A stretch of 64,000 bases of DNA, from the NCBI RefSeq assembly GCF_988243305.1, contig NZ_OZ547136.1. One strand, 5' to 3'. Within the stretch, counting starts at the first letter, position 1. Every line of letters begins with the position of its first letter. Positions 1 to 16,662 of this stretch are shown here, piece by piece. The notes beneath the pieces are model-generated. The model worked only from the letters and a program-made list of their open reading frames with translations, was not told the DNA's origin and ran no database searches. Made by a program: the position numbers and the translations under genes.

Positions 1-1763
1 TTGCCCGTTGGTTTTGTGAAGGCCGAACCAACTTGTGTCACAACGCTATCGACCGCTGGCTGGAGAAACAGCCAGAGGCGCTGGCGCTGATTGCCGTCTC
101 TTCGGAAACAGAAGAAGAGCGCACCTTTACCTTTCGTCAGCTGCATGACGAAGTGAACGCGGTGGCCTCAATGTTGCGTTCATTGGGCGTGCAGCGTGGC
201 GATCGGGTGCTGGTGTATATGCCGATGATTGCCGAAGCGCATATTACTCTGCTGGCCTGCGCGCGCATTGGCGCTATTCACTCGGTGGTGTTTGGTGGAT
301 TTGCCTCGCACAGCGTGGCGGCGCGAATTGATGATGCTAAACCGGTGCTAATTGTCTCGGCTGATGCCGGAGCGCGCGGTGGCAAAATCATTCCCTATAA
401 AAAATTACTCGACGATGCGATAAGTCAGGCGCAGCACCAGCCACGCCATGTTTTGCTGGTGGATCGCGGGCTGGCGAAAATGGCACGCGTCAGCGGGCGG
501 GATGTCGATTTCGCGTCGTTGCGCCATCAACACATCGGCGCGCGGGTACCGGTGGCGTGGCTGGAATCCAACGAAACCTCCTGCATTCTCTACACTTCCG
601 GCACGACCGGCAAACCTAAAGGCGTGCAGCGTGACGTCGGCGGATATGCGGTGGCGCTGGCGACCTCGATGGACACTATTTTTGGCGGCAAAGCGGGCGG
701 TGTGTTCTTTTGTGCTTCGGATATCGGCTGGGTGGTGGGGCATTCGTATATCGTCTACGCGCCGCTGCTGGCGGGGATGGCGACTATCGTTTACGAAGGA
801 TTGCCGACCTGGCCGGACTGCGGCGTGTGGTGGAAAATCGTCGAGAAATATCAGGTGAGCCGAATGTTCTCAGCGCCAACCGCCATTCGCGTGCTGAAAA
901 AATTCCCTACCGCCGAAATTCGCAAACACGATCTCTCGTCGCTGGAAGTGCTCTATCTGGCGGGGGAGCCGCTGGACGAGCCGACCGCCAGTTGGGTGAG
1001 CAATACGCTGGATGTGCCGGTCATCGACAACTACTGGCAGACCGAATCCGGCTGGCCGATTATGGCGATTGCTCGCGGTCTGGACGACAGGCCGACGCGT
1101 CTGGGAAGCCCCGGCGTGCCGATGTATGGCTATAACGTGCAGTTGCTTAATGAAGTCACCGGCGAACCGTGTGGCGTCAACGAGAAAGGGATGCTGGTGG
1201 TGGAAGGGCCGCTGCCGCCGGGGTGTATTCAGACCATCTGGGGCGACGACGACCGCTTTGTGAAGACGTACTGGTCGCTGTTTTCCCGCCCGGTGTACGC
1301 CACCTTTGACTGGGGCATCCGTGACGCTGACGGTTATCACTTTATTCTCGGGCGCACTGACGATGTAATTAACGTTGCCGGGCATCGGCTGGGGACGCGC
1401 GAGATTGAAGAGAGTATCTCCAGTCATCCGGGCGTTGCCGAAGTGGCGGTGGTTGGGGTGAAAGATGCGCTGAAAGGGCAGGTGGCGGTGGCGTTTGTCA
1501 TTCCGAAAGAGAGCGACAGTCTGGAAGACCGAGACGTGGCGCACTCGCAAGAGAAGGCGATTATGGCGCTGGTGGACAGCCAGATTGGCAACTTTGGTCG
1601 CCCGGCGCACGTCTGGTTTGTCTCGCAATTGCCGAAAACGCGATCCGGAAAAATGCTGCGCCGCACGATCCAGGCAATTTGCGAAGGACGCGATCCTGGG
1701 GATCTGACGACCATTGATGATCCTGCGTCATTGGATCAGATCCGCCAGGCGATGGAAGAGTAA
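1..1763 (+). CDS. prpE: Propionyl-CoA synthetase (acyl-CoA synthetase family), 5'-truncated by window edge
   Basis: ORF track 33..1763 with open frame extending to the window start; AMP-binding motifs (TSGTTGKPKG); stop TAA at 1761-1763; synteny upstream of codBA. Confidence 0.9.
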   Translation, partial: ARWFCEGRTNLCHNAIDRWLEKQPEALALIAVSSETEEERTFTFRQLHDEVNAVASMLRSLGVQRGDRVLVYMPMIAEAHITLLACARIGAIHSVVFGGFASHSVAARIDDAKPVLIVSADAGARGGKIIPYKKLLDDAISQAQHQPRHVLLVDRGLAKMARVSGRDVDFASLRHQHIGARVPVAWLESNETSCILYTSGTTGKPKGVQRDVGGYAVALATSMDTIFGGKAGGVFFCASDIGWVVGHSYIVYAPLLAGMATIVYEGLPTWPDCGVWWKIVEKYQVSRMFSAPTAIRVLKKFPTAEIRKHDLSSLEVLYLAGEPLDEPTASWVSNTLDVPVIDNYWQTESGWPIMAIARGLDDRPTRLGSPGVPMYGYNVQLLNEVTGEPCGVNEKGMLVVEGPLPPGCIQTIWGDDDRFVKTYWSLFSRPVYATFDWGIRDADGYHFILGRTDDVINVAGHRLGTREIEESISSHPGVAEVAVVGVKDALKGQVAVAFVIPKESDSLEDRDVAHSQEKAIMALVDSQIGNFGRPAHVWFVSQLPKTRSGKMLRRTIQAICEGRDPGDLTTIDDPASLDQIRQAMEE

Positions 1764-1768
1764 GGTAT

Positions 1769-1798
1769 TGTCGGATGCGTCGCGTGGCGCATCCGACA
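1769..1798. repeat. REP-like palindromic element (TGTCGGATGCG...CGCATCCGACA)
   Basis: Inverted repeat read directly in the prpE 3' intergenic region. Confidence 0.6.
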
Positions 1799-1810
1799 CC
1801 ATGCGCCGAT

Positions 1811-3065
<1,255 letters not shown>

Positions 3066-3066
3066 C

Positions 3067-3125
<59 letters not shown>

Positions 3126-3202
3126 CCACTACCCACTGTTTTTACACCGATAATTTTTCCCCCACCTTTTTGCACTCATTCATATAAAAAATATATTTCC
3201 CC

Positions 3203-3218
3203 ACGAAAACGATTGCTT
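3203..3218. promoter_or_regulatory. Putative PurR box upstream of codB (ACGAAAACGATTGCTT)
   Basis: Resembles the PUR operator consensus; codBA is a known PurR-regulated operon. Confidence 0.4.
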
Positions 3219-3284
3219 TTTATCTTCAGATGAATAGAATGCGGCGGATTTTTTGGGTTTCAAACAGCAAAAAGGGGGAATTTC

Positions 3285-4544
3285 GTGTCGCAAGATAACA
3301 ACTTTAGCCAGGGGCCAGTCCCGCAGTCGGCGCGGAAAGGGGTATTGGCATTGACGTTCGTCATGCTGGGATTAACCTTCTTTTCCGCCAGTATGTGGAC
3401 CGGCGGCACTCTCGGAACCGGTCTTAGCTATCATGATTTCTTCCTCGCAGTCCTCATCGGTAATCTTCTCCTCGGTATTTACACTTCATTTCTTGGTTAC
3501 ATTGGCGCAAAAACCGGCCTGACCACTCATCTTCTTGCTCGCTTCTCTTTTGGTGTTAAAGGCTCATGGCTGCCTTCACTGCTGCTGGGCGGCACCCAGG
3601 TTGGCTGGTTTGGCGTTGGCGTGGCGATGTTTGCCATTCCGGTGGGCAAGGCAACTGGGCTGGATATTAATTTGCTGATTGCCGTTTCCGGTTTACTGAT
3701 GACCGTCACCGTCTTCTTTGGCATTTCGGCGCTAACGGTTCTTTCGGTGATTGCAGTTCCGGCTATCGCCTGTCTTGGCGGTTATTCCGTGTGGTTGGCC
3801 GTTAACGGCATGGGCGGCCTGGACGCATTAAAAGCGGTCGTTCCCGCACAACCGTTAGATTTCAATGTCGCGCTGGCGCTGGTTGTGGGGTCATTTATCA
3901 GTGCGGGCACGCTCACCGCTGACTTTGTCCGGTTTGGTCGTAATGCCAAACTGGCGGTGCTAGTGGCGATGGTGGCCTTTTTCCTCGGCAACTCGTTGAT
4001 GTTTATTTTCGGTGCAGCGGGCGCGGCGGCACTGGGGATGGCGGATATCTCTGATGTGATGATTGCTCAGGGTCTGCTGCTGCCTGCGATTGTGGTGCTG
4101 GGGCTGAATATCTGGACCACCAACGATAACGCACTTTATGCGTCGGGTTTAGGTTTCGCCAACATTACCGGTATGTCGAGTAAAACCCTTTCGGTGATTA
4201 ACGGTATTATCGGTACGGTCTGCGCATTATGGTTGTATAACAATTTTGTCGGCTGGCTGACCTTCCTTTCGGCAGCTATTCCTCCGGTAGGGGGCGTGAT
4301 CATCGCTGACTATCTGATGAACCGTCGCCGCTATGAGCACTTTGCGACCACGCGTATGATGAGTGTCAATTGGGTGGCGATTCTGGCGGTCGCCTTGGGG
4401 ATTGCCGCAGGCCACTGGTTACCGGGAATTGTTCCGGTCAACGCGGTATTAGGTGGCGCGCTGAGCTATCTGATCCTTAACCCGATTTTGAATCGCAAAA
4501 CGACGGCTGCAATGACGCATGTGGAGGCTAACAGTGTCGAATAA
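3285..4544 (+). CDS. codB: Cytosine permease
   Basis: 419-aa polytopic membrane protein matching CodB; GTG start with AAAGGGGG Shine-Dalgarno; followed by codA with an 11-bp overlap. Confidence 0.95.
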   Translation: MSQDNNFSQGPVPQSARKGVLALTFVMLGLTFFSASMWTGGTLGTGLSYHDFFLAVLIGNLLLGIYTSFLGYIGAKTGLTTHLLARFSFGVKGSWLPSLLLGGTQVGWFGVGVAMFAIPVGKATGLDINLLIAVSGLLMTVTVFFGISALTVLSVIAVPAIACLGGYSVWLAVNGMGGLDALKAVVPAQPLDFNVALALVVGSFISAGTLTADFVRFGRNAKLAVLVAMVAFFLGNSLMFIFGAAGAAALGMADISDVMIAQGLLLPAIVVLGLNIWTTNDNALYASGLGFANITGMSSKTLSVINGIIGTVCALWLYNNFVGWLTFLSAAIPPVGGVIIADYLMNRRRYEHFATTRMMSVNWVAILAVALGIAAGHWLPGIVPVNAVLGGALSYLILNPILNRKTTAAMTHVEANSVE

Positions 4545-5817
4545 CGCTTTACAGACAATTATTAACGCCCGGTTACCCGGCAAAGAGGGGCTGTGGCAGA
4601 TTCATCTGCTGGACGGAAAAATCAGCGCCATTGATGCGCAATCCGGGGTGATGCCCATAACTGAAAACAGCCTGGATGCCGAACAAGGTTTAGTTATACC
4701 GCCGTTTGTGGAGCCACATATTCACCTGGACACCACGCAAACCGCCGGACAACCGAACTGGAATCAGTCCGGCACGCTGTTTGAAGGCATTGAACGCTGG
4801 GCCGAGCGCAAAGCGTTATTAACCCATGACGATGTGAAACAACGCGCCTGGCAAACGCTGAAATGGCAGATTGCCAACGGCATTCAGCATGTGCGTACCC
4901 ATGTCGATGTTTCGGATGCAACGCTGACTGCGCTGAAAGCAATGCTGGAAGTGAAGCAGGAAGTCGCGCCGTGGATTGATCTGCAAATCGTCGCCTTCCC
5001 GCAGGAAGGGATTTTGTCGTATCCCAACGGTGAAGCGTTGCTGGAAGAGGCGTTACGCTTAGGGGCAGACGTAGTGGGGGCGATTCCGCATTTTGAATTT
5101 ACCCGCGAATACGGCGTGGAGTCGCTGCATAAAACCTTCGCCCTGGCGCAAAAATACGACCGTCTCATCGACGTTCACTGTGATGAGATCGATGACGAGC
5201 AGTCGCGCTTTGTCGAAACCGTTGCTGCCCTGGCGCACCGTGAAGGAATGGGCGCGCGAGTCACCGCTAGCCACACTACGGCAATGCACTCCTATAACGG
5301 GGCGTATACCTCACGCTTGTTCCGTTTGCTGAAAATGTCCGGTATTAACTTTGTCGCCAACCCGCTGGTCAATATTCATCTGCAAGGACGTTTCGATACG
5401 TATCCAAAACGTCGCGGCATCACGCGCGTTAAAGAGATGCTGGAGTCCGGCATTAACGTCTGCTTTGGTCACGATGATGTCTTCGATCCGTGGTATCCAC
5501 TGGGAACGGCGAATATGCTGCAAGTGCTGCATATGGGGCTGCATGTTTGTCAGTTGATGGGCTACGGGCAGATTAACGACGGCCTGAATTTAATCACCCA
5601 CCATAGCGCCAGGACGTTGAATTTGCAGGATTACGGCATTGCCGCCGGAAACAGCGCCAACCTGATTATCCTGCCGGCTGAAAATGGGTTTGATGCGCTG
5701 CGCCGTCAGGTTCCGGTGCGCTATTCGGTACGTGGCGGTAAGGTGATTGCCAGCACCCAACCAGCACAAACCACCGTATATCTGGAGCAGCCAGAAGCCA
5801 TCGATTACAAACGGTAA
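4534..5817 (+). CDS. codA: Cytosine deaminase
   Basis: ORF track 4519..5817; conserved start is the GTG at 4534 ([16 protein letters not shown]...), giving 427 aa; amidohydrolase HxH motif. Confidence 0.93.
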   Translation: MSNNALQTIINARLPGKEGLWQIHLLDGKISAIDAQSGVMPITENSLDAEQGLVIPPFVEPHIHLDTTQTAGQPNWNQSGTLFEGIERWAERKALLTHDDVKQRAWQTLKWQIANGIQHVRTHVDVSDATLTALKAMLEVKQEVAPWIDLQIVAFPQEGILSYPNGEALLEEALRLGADVVGAIPHFEFTREYGVESLHKTFALAQKYDRLIDVHCDEIDDEQSRFVETVAALAHREGMGARVTASHTTAMHSYNGAYTSRLFRLLKMSGINFVANPLVNIHLQGRFDTYPKRRGITRVKEMLESGINVCFGHDDVFDPWYPLGTANMLQVLHMGLHVCQLMGYGQINDGLNLITHHSARTLNLQDYGIAAGNSANLIILPAENGFDALRRQVPVRYSVRGGKVIASTQPAQTTVYLEQPEAIDYKR

Positions 5818-5834
5818 TTTCCTCTGCGTTGAAG

Positions 5835-5858
5835 AGCCACTGACCTGTGTCAGTGGCT
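5835..5858. terminator. Hairpin between convergent codA and cynR (AGCCACTGAC-ctgt-GTCAGTGGCT)
   Basis: 10-bp perfect inverted repeat with 4-nt loop directly after the codA stop and overlapping the cynR stop. Confidence 0.5.
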
Positions 5859-6756
5859 ACCGTGATTCATGCCCGCCAACATCCGCACATTCTTCCAACG
5901 CCATGTGTAAAAATGCCTTCGCGGCGGCTGTCTGCCAGCTATTTTTCCGCCGCAATAAAACCGCCGTTCTCTCCAGTAACGGTGGGGCAAGGGATATAGC
6001 TTTAAGCCCGTCATGTTGTGTGGCAATCGCTGCTGGCAACAATGTGGAAAGGGAAGTGCGGCGAATCAGCTCCAGAACCGCGCTAATTGAGTTCGCCTCA
6101 ATGACCACCTGTGGATGTAGCCCCGCTTTCTCGCAGTAGTGGTCAATTTGCTCTCTGGTGGCAAATTCCGCGCTGAGCAGGACCAGTTTTTCATCATGCA
6201 AGCGACTCAACGCCACCTGTTCACAGGCAGCCAGCGGATGATGTTGCGCCACGACTAACGCTAAACTTTCTGTCAGTAAAGGAATTGCCTCCAGCTCCGG
6301 CGAATGCACAGGCGCGAAGGCAATCCCAACGTCCAACTCGTCGCGACAAAGCAGATCTTCGATTTTCTCCTGCGACATTTCCTGTAGCTGGAGCGTGATG
6401 CCGGGGTAGCGCGCATAGAAATCCGCCATTAAAGGGCCGATAAAGTAGCTTGTAAAGGTGGGAGTGACGGCGATACGCAGCGATCCTCGCGTCAGATCGG
6501 CAACATCATGAATCGCCCGTTTACCCGCCCCCAGTTCCTGTAACGCCCGGCTGGCGTACTGTCGCCAGACTTCTCCTGCATCAGTGAGACGAATCGTTCG
6601 CCCGCTACGGTCAAACAGCGGCACGCCTAAACTCTCCTCTAACTGGCGAATCTGCTGGGAAAGTGCTGGCTGGGAGACGTGCAACGCACTGGCTGCACGG
6701 GTGAAGCTGCCATGTTCAGCCACGGCAAGAAAATAATTGATATGTCGAGAGAGCAT
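5857..6756 (-). CDS. cynR: LysR-family transcriptional regulator of the cyn operon
   Basis: ORF track 5857..6780; conserved start [22 protein letters not shown] gives 299 aa; LysR helix-turn-helix; divergent from cynT. Confidence 0.9.
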   Translation of the reverse strand: MLSRHINYFLAVAEHGSFTRAASALHVSQPALSQQIRQLEESLGVPLFDRSGRTIRLTDAGEVWRQYASRALQELGAGKRAIHDVADLTRGSLRIAVTPTFTSYFIGPLMADFYARYPGITLQLQEMSQEKIEDLLCRDELDVGIAFAPVHSPELEAIPLLTESLALVVAQHHPLAACEQVALSRLHDEKLVLLSAEFATREQIDHYCEKAGLHPQVVIEANSISAVLELIRRTSLSTLLPAAIATQHDGLKAISLAPPLLERTAVLLRRKNSWQTAAAKAFLHMALEECADVGGHESR

Positions 6757-6865
6757 TCGCCAACCTATAAGTAAACCCAATAGAACTCATCATAAATGAG
6801 TCTTTTACCTTATGACAATCGGCGAGTAGTCTGCCTCTCATTCCAGAGACAGACAGAGGTTAACG

Positions 6866-7525
6866 GTGAAAGAGATTATTGATGGATTCCTTAAATTCCA
6901 GCGCGAGGCATTTCCGAAGCGGGAAGCCTTGTTTAAACAGCTGGCGACACAGCAAAGCCCGCGCACACTTTTTATCTCCTGCTCCGACAGCCGTCTGGTC
7001 CCTGAGCTGGTGACGCAACGTGAGCCTGGCGATCTGTTCGTTATTCGCAACGCGGGCAATATCGTCCCTTCCTACGGGCCGGAACCCGGTGGCGTTTCTG
7101 CTTCGGTGGAGTATGCCGTCGCTGCACTTCGGGTATCTGACATTGTGATTTGCGGTCATTCCAACTGTGGCGCAATGACCGCTATTGCCAGCTGCCAGTG
7201 CATGGACCATATGCCTGCCGTCTCTCACTGGCTGCGTTATGCCGATTCAGCCCGCGTCGTTAATGAGGCGCGCCCGCATCCCGATTTACCGTCAAAAGCT
7301 GCGGCGATGGTACGTGAAAACGTCATTGCTCAGTTGGCTAATTTGCAAACTCATCCATCGGTGCGCCTGGCGCTCGAAGAGGGGCGGATCGCCCTGCACG
7401 GCTGGGTCTACGACATTGAAAGCGGCAGCATCGCAGCTTTTGACGGCGCAACCCGCCAGTTTGTGCCACTGGCCGCTAATCCTCGCGTTTGTGCCATACC
7501 GCTACGCCAACCGACCGCAGCGTAA
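6866..7525 (+). CDS. cynT: Carbonic anhydrase (beta class)
   Basis: 219-aa ORF matching CynT; GTG start; followed by cynS and cynX. Confidence 0.93.
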   Translation: MKEIIDGFLKFQREAFPKREALFKQLATQQSPRTLFISCSDSRLVPELVTQREPGDLFVIRNAGNIVPSYGPEPGGVSASVEYAVAALRVSDIVICGHSNCGAMTAIASCQCMDHMPAVSHWLRYADSARVVNEARPHPDLPSKAAAMVRENVIAQLANLQTHPSVRLALEEGRIALHGWVYDIESGSIAAFDGATRQFVPLAANPRVCAIPLRQPTAA

Positions 7526-7537
7526 CCTTATTTTTAA

Positions 7538-8026
<489 letters not shown>

Positions 8027-8058
8027 CAACCATGCGCGACCATCAAAAGACGTTCACG

Positions 8059-9213
8059 ATGCTGCTGGTTCTGGTGCTGATTGGTCTTAATATGCGACCA
8101 CTGCTCACCTCCGTCGGACCACTGCTACCGCAATTGCGTCAGGCGAGTGGAATGAGCTTTAGCGTGGCAGCCCTGTTGACCGCTCTACCGGTGGTTACCA
8201 TGGGCGGGCTGGCGCTGGCCGGAAGCTGGCTTCATCAGCATGTCAGCGAACGTCGCAGCGTCGCCATCAGTTTGTTACTGATTGCCGTCGGTGCATTGAT
8301 GCGTGAGCTTTACCCCCAAAGTGCGCTGCTGCTTAGCAGCGCACTGCTTGGTGGAGTGGGGATCGGCATCATTCAGGCAGTGATGCCTTCGGTAATTAAG
8401 CGGCGGTTTCAGCACCGTACGCCACTGGTGATGGGGCTGTGGTCCGCGGCTCTGATGGGCGGCGGTGGACTTGGTGCCGCCATTACGCCCTGGTTAGTTC
8501 AACATAGCGAAACCTGGTATCAAACACTCGCCTGGTGGGCGCTGCCTGCCGTTGTTGCGCTCTTTGCCTGGTGGTGGCAAAGCGCCCGCGAGGTCGCCTC
8601 TTCTCACAAGACAACAACCACTCCGGTTCGCGTGGTATTTACTCCCCGCGCCTGGACGCTGGGTGTTTACTTCGGTCTGATTAACGGCGGTTACGCCAGC
8701 CTGATTGCCTGGTTACCCGCTTTCTATATTGAGATTGGTGCCAGCGCGCAGTACAGCGGTTCCTTGCTGGCATTGATGACGCTTGGGCAAGCAGCAGGGG
8801 CATTGCTGATGCCTGCTATGGCTCGCCATCAGGATCGGCGGAAACTTTTGATGCTGGCGCTGGCGTTACAACTGGTGGGGTTCTGCGGCTTTATCTGGCT
8901 GCCGCTGCAATTGCCGGTATTGTGGGCAATGGTGTGTGGATTAGGTCTGGGCGGCGCATTTCCGCTCTGTTTGCTGCTGGCGCTCGATCACTCTGCGCAA
9001 CCGGCTATTGCTGGCAAACTGGTGGCGTTTATGCAGGGGATCGGTTTTATCATCGCCGGGCTTGCTCCCTGGTTTTCTGGCGTGCTGCGTAGTATCAGTG
9101 GCAATTACTTGATGGACTGGGCGTTTCATGCGCTGTGCGTCGTTGGGCTGATGATCATAACCCTGCGTTTTGCACCAGCACGTTTTCCGCAGCTGTGGGT
9201 CAAAGAGGCATGA
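8059..9213 (+). CDS. cynX: Cyanate transporter (MFS)
   Basis: ORF track 8032..9213; conserved start MLLVLVLIGLNMRP gives 384 aa. Confidence 0.85.
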   Translation: MLLVLVLIGLNMRPLLTSVGPLLPQLRQASGMSFSVAALLTALPVVTMGGLALAGSWLHQHVSERRSVAISLLLIAVGALMRELYPQSALLLSSALLGGVGIGIIQAVMPSVIKRRFQHRTPLVMGLWSAALMGGGGLGAAITPWLVQHSETWYQTLAWWALPAVVALFAWWWQSAREVASSHKTTTTPVRVVFTPRAWTLGVYFGLINGGYASLIAWLPAFYIEIGASAQYSGSLLALMTLGQAAGALLMPAMARHQDRRKLLMLALALQLVGFCGFIWLPLQLPVLWAMVCGLGLGGAFPLCLLLALDHSAQPAIAGKLVAFMQGIGFIIAGLAPWFSGVLRSISGNYLMDWAFHALCVVGLMIITLRFAPARFPQLWVKEA

Positions 9214-9253
9214 TGCGACGCTTGTTTCGCCAGATAATGGAAGAGTGAATTAT

Positions 9254-9283
9254 TGTCGGATGTGCCCAATGGCGCATCCGACA
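9254..9283. repeat. REP-like palindrome (TGTCGGATG...GCGCATCCGACA)
   Basis: Inverted repeat in the cynX-lacA intergenic region. Confidence 0.55.
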
Positions 9284-9300
9284 TTTATTTCAGTGCTTAT

Positions 9301-9912
9301 TTAAACTGAAGGCTCAACTTTATAATCTTTGTAATAATAGTGCTTATCCCGGTCGTTTATTTCGCGAATAACCCGACAAGGAACGCCAGCAGCCACGACG
9401 TTTGGTGGAATGTCTTTTGTGACGACACTACCCGCGCCAATAACAGAATTATCCCCGATGGTGACGCCTGGATTAATAACCACATGACTTCCGATCCAGA
9501 CGTTATTGCCAATCGTTATCGGAAAAGAGTACATCTCACCGTTTTTTCTTAATTCATGGTGTACCGGGTGTCCCGTAACGGAAAGAGTAACGTTGGGTGC
9601 AATCAGTACGTTGTCACCGATTGTTACCGTGTAGTCATCGACAATGGTTAAATTAAAATTTGCATAAAAATTGCGGCCTATATGGATGTTGGAACCGTAA
9701 GAGAAATAGACGGGAGGTTCTACCCAGGCGTTTTCCCCTACCGTGGCAAACATTTCTTTAAGCAGGCTTTCTCTTTTTTCAACTTCTGATGGATGCGAGT
9801 GATTAAACTCATACATTAACGTTTTCCCACGAAGTCTTTTTTCCGGTAAGCCTTCGCACATATCGGTAAATAGCTTGCCTGCTTTTATTCTTTCGGTCAT
9901 TGGCATGTTCAT
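9301..9912 (-). CDS. lacA: Galactoside O-acetyltransferase
   Basis: ORF track 9301..9963; conserved start MNMPMTERI gives 203 aa; hexapeptide-repeat acyltransferase. Confidence 0.93.
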   Translation of the reverse strand: MNMPMTERIKAGKLFTDMCEGLPEKRLRGKTLMYEFNHSHPSEVEKRESLLKEMFATVGENAWVEPPVYFSYGSNIHIGRNFYANFNLTIVDDYTVTIGDNVLIAPNVTLSVTGHPVHHELRKNGEMYSFPITIGNNVWIGSHVVINPGVTIGDNSVIGAGSVVTKDIPPNVVAAGVPCRVIREINDRDKHYYYKDYKVEPSV

Positions 9913-9939
9913 TGCGATCATTCCGTCCTGATATGTTGG

Positions 9940-9969
9940 TCGGATAAGGCGCTCGCGCCGCATCCGACA
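9940..9969. repeat. REP element in the lacY-lacA intergenic region
   Basis: TCGGATAAGGCGCTCGCGCCGCATCCGACA palindrome. Confidence 0.6.
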
Positions 9970-9977
9970 TTGATTGC

Positions 9978-11276
<1,299 letters not shown>

Positions 11277-11282
11277 TTATTA

Positions 11283-14395
<3,113 letters not shown>

Positions 14396-14401
14396 CCACA
14401 C

Positions 14402-14431
14402 AACATACGAGCCGGACGCATAAAGTGTAAA
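14402..14431 (-). promoter_or_regulatory. lac promoter: -10 TATGTT (complement of 14402-14407), -35 TTTACA (complement of 14426-14431), 18-bp spacer
   Basis: Read directly; matches the known lacP1 hexamers. Confidence 0.9.
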
Positions 14432-14443
14432 GCCTGGGGTGCC

Positions 14444-14465
14444 TAATGAGTGAGCTGACTCACAT
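14444..14465. promoter_or_regulatory. CRP (CAP) binding site of the lac promoter (TGTGAGTCAGCTCACTCATT on the lacZ strand)
   Basis: TGTGA...TCACT half sites at the expected position upstream of -35. Confidence 0.8.
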
Positions 14466-14466
14466 T

Positions 14467-14487
14467 AATTGCGTTGCGCTCACTGCC
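14467..14487. promoter_or_regulatory. lac operator O3 (GGCAGTGAGCGCAACGCAATT), overlapping the lacI stop
   Basis: Exact match (reverse complement) to O3. Confidence 0.9.
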
Positions 14488-15562
14488 CGCTTTCGAGTCG
14501 GGAAATTTGTCGCGCCAGCTGCATTAAAGAATCTGCCAACGCCTGGGGAGAAGCGGTTTGCGTATTGGGCGGAAGGGTGGTTTTTCTTTTCACCAGTGAG
14601 ACGGGCAACAGCTGATTGCCCTTCACCGCCTGGCCCTGAGAGAGTTGCAGCAAGCGGTCCACGCTGGTTTGCCCCAGCAGGCGAAAATCCTGTTTGATGG
14701 TGGTTAACGGCGGGATATAACACGAGCTGTCTTCGGTATCGTCGTATCCCACTACCGAGATATCCGCACCAACGCGCAGCCCGGACTCGGTAATGGCGCG
14801 CATTGCGCCCAGCGCCATCTGATCGTTGGCAACCAGCATCGCAGTGGGAACGATGCCCTCATTCAGCATTTGCATGGTTTGTTGAAAACCGGACATGGCG
14901 CTCCAGTCGCCTTCCCGTTCCGCTATCGGCTGAATTTGATTGCGAGTGAGATATTTATGCCAGCCCGCCAGGCGCAGACGCGCCGAGACAGAACTTAATG
15001 GACCTGCTAACAGCGCGATTTGCTGGTGACCCAATGCGACCAGATGCTCCACGCCCAGTCGCGTACCGTCTTCATGGGAGAAAATAATACTGTTGATGGG
15101 TGTCTGGTCAGAGACATCAAGAAATAAAGCCGGAACATTAGTGCAGGCAGCTTCCACAGCAATGGCATCCTGGTCATCCAGCGGATAGTTAATGATCAGC
15201 CCACTGACGCGTTGCGCGAGAAGATTGTGCACCGCCGCTTTACAGGCTTCGACGCCGCTTCGTTCTACCATCGACACCACCACGCTGGCACCCAGTTGAT
15301 CGGCGCGAGATTTAATCGCCGCGACAATTTGCGACGGCGCGTGCAGGGCCAGACTGGAGGTGGCAACGCCAATCAGCAACGACTGTTTGCCCGCCAGTTG
15401 TTGTGCCACGCGGTTGGGAATGTAATTCAGCTCCGCCATCGCCGCTTCCACTTTTTCCCGCGTTTTCGCAGAAACGTGGCTGGCCTGGTTCACCACGCGG
15501 GAAACGGTCTGATAAGAGACACCGGCATACTCTGCGACATCGTATAGCGTTACTGGTTTCAC
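14480..15562 (-). CDS. lacI: Lactose operon repressor
   Basis: ORF track 14480..15571; the GTG start (VKPVTLYDVAEYAGVSYQTVSRVV) gives 360 aa; upstream GGTGGTGAATGTGAAACC context. Confidence 0.97.
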   Translation of the reverse strand: MKPVTLYDVAEYAGVSYQTVSRVVNQASHVSAKTREKVEAAMAELNYIPNRVAQQLAGKQSLLIGVATSSLALHAPSQIVAAIKSRADQLGASVVVSMVERSGVEACKAAVHNLLAQRVSGLIINYPLDDQDAIAVEAACTNVPALFLDVSDQTPINSIIFSHEDGTRLGVEHLVALGHQQIALLAGPLSSVSARLRLAGWHKYLTRNQIQPIAEREGDWSAMSGFQQTMQMLNEGIVPTAMLVANDQMALGAMRAITESGLRVGADISVVGYDDTEDSSCYIPPLTTIKQDFRLLGQTSVDRLLQLSQGQAVKGNQLLPVSLVKRKTTLPPNTQTASPQALADSLMQLARQISRLESGQ

Positions 15563-15638
15563 ATTCACCACCCTGAATTGACTCTCTTCCGGGCGCTATC
15601 ATGCCATACCACGAAAGGTTTTGCGCCATTCGATGGTG

Positions 15639-16472
15639 TCAACGTAAATGCACGCCGCTTCGCCGTCCGGCCACCAGAATAGCCTGCGATTCAACCCCTT
15701 CTTCGATCTGTTTTGCCACCCGTTGCAGCGCCGGAAGATGCTTTTCCGCTGCCTGTTCAATGGTCATTGCGCTCGCCATATACACCAGATTCAGACAGCC
15801 AATCACCCGTTGTTCACTGCGCAGCGGTACGGCAATAGAGGCGATCTTTTCTTCTTGATCCCAGCCGCGGTAGTTCTGTCCGTACCCCTCTTTGCGCGCC
15901 CGCGCCAGAATGGCTTCCAGTTTTAACGGTTCCCGTGCCAGTTGATAGTCATCACCGGGACGGGTGGCTAACATTTCGATTAATTCCTTGCGTTCTTGTT
16001 CCGGGCAAAAGGCCAGCCAGGTCAGGCCCGAGGCGGTTTTCAGGAGCGGTAAACGTCGCCCGACCATTGCCCGGTGAAAGGATAAGCGGCTGAAACGATG
16101 GGTGGTTTCGCGTACCACCATTGCATCAACATCCAGGGTGGACACATCTGTCGGCCATACCACTTCGCGCAACAGATCGCCCAGCAGTGGGGCCGCCAGT
16201 GCAGAAATCCACTGTTCGTCACGAAATCCTTCGCTTAATTGCCGCACTTTGATGGTCAGACGAAAACTATCATCGGAGGGACTACGCCGGACATATCCCT
16301 CTTCCTGCAGCGTCTCCAGCAGTCGCCGCACAGTGGTGCGATGCAGGCCGCTGAGCTCCGCCAACAGCCCGACGCTGGCACCGCCGTCAAGTTTATTTAA
16401 CATATTTAATAACATTAGACCGCGGGTTAAGCCGCGCACGGTTTTGTATTCCGTCTGCTCATTGTTCTGCAT
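15639..16472 (-). CDS. mhpR: IclR-family activator of the mhp operon
   Basis: ORF track 15639..16586; conserved start MQNNEQTEYKTVRGL gives 277 aa. Confidence 0.9.
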   Translation of the reverse strand: MQNNEQTEYKTVRGLTRGLMLLNMLNKLDGGASVGLLAELSGLHRTTVRRLLETLQEEGYVRRSPSDDSFRLTIKVRQLSEGFRDEQWISALAAPLLGDLLREVVWPTDVSTLDVDAMVVRETTHRFSRLSFHRAMVGRRLPLLKTASGLTWLAFCPEQERKELIEMLATRPGDDYQLAREPLKLEAILARARKEGYGQNYRGWDQEEKIASIAVPLRSEQRVIGCLNLVYMASAMTIEQAAEKHLPALQRVAKQIEEGVESQAILVAGRRSGVHLR

Positions 16473-16505
16473 ATTAATTGACATTTCTATAGTTAAAACA
16501 ACGTT

Positions 16506-16520
16506 GTGCACCTGGTGCAC
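16506..16520. promoter_or_regulatory. Putative MhpR operator: two GTGCAC hexamers separated by CTG (GTGCACCTGGTGCAC)
   Basis: Palindromic repeat in the mhpR-mhpA divergent promoter region. Confidence 0.45.
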
Positions 16521-16662
16521 ATTCGGGCATGTTTTGATTGTAGCCGGAAACACCCTTCCTATACTGAGCGCACAATAAAAAATCATTTACATGTTTTTAA
16601 CAAAATAAGTTGCGCTGTACTGTGCGCGCAACGGCATTTTGTCCGAGTCGTGAGGTACTGAA

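Noticed and set aside
405-1628. Several 80-250-aa ORFs antisense to or out of frame within prpE (405..743, 448..858, 870..1628)
   Set aside because: They lie entirely inside a well-supported CDS, have no recognisable motifs, and are typical of GC-rich open frames on the opposite strand.
15563-16586. N-terminally extended ORFs in the track for lacI, mhpR, mhpC, mhpT, yaiL, tauA, hemB, proC, yaiI, rdgC, mak, araJ, sbcD, cynR, cynX, lacA, frmR, phoA, psiF, sbmA and yaiZ
   Set aside because: The track reports the longest frame, often with TTG or GTG as M; I used the internal start that matches the conserved N-terminus and length of each protein as I recall it.
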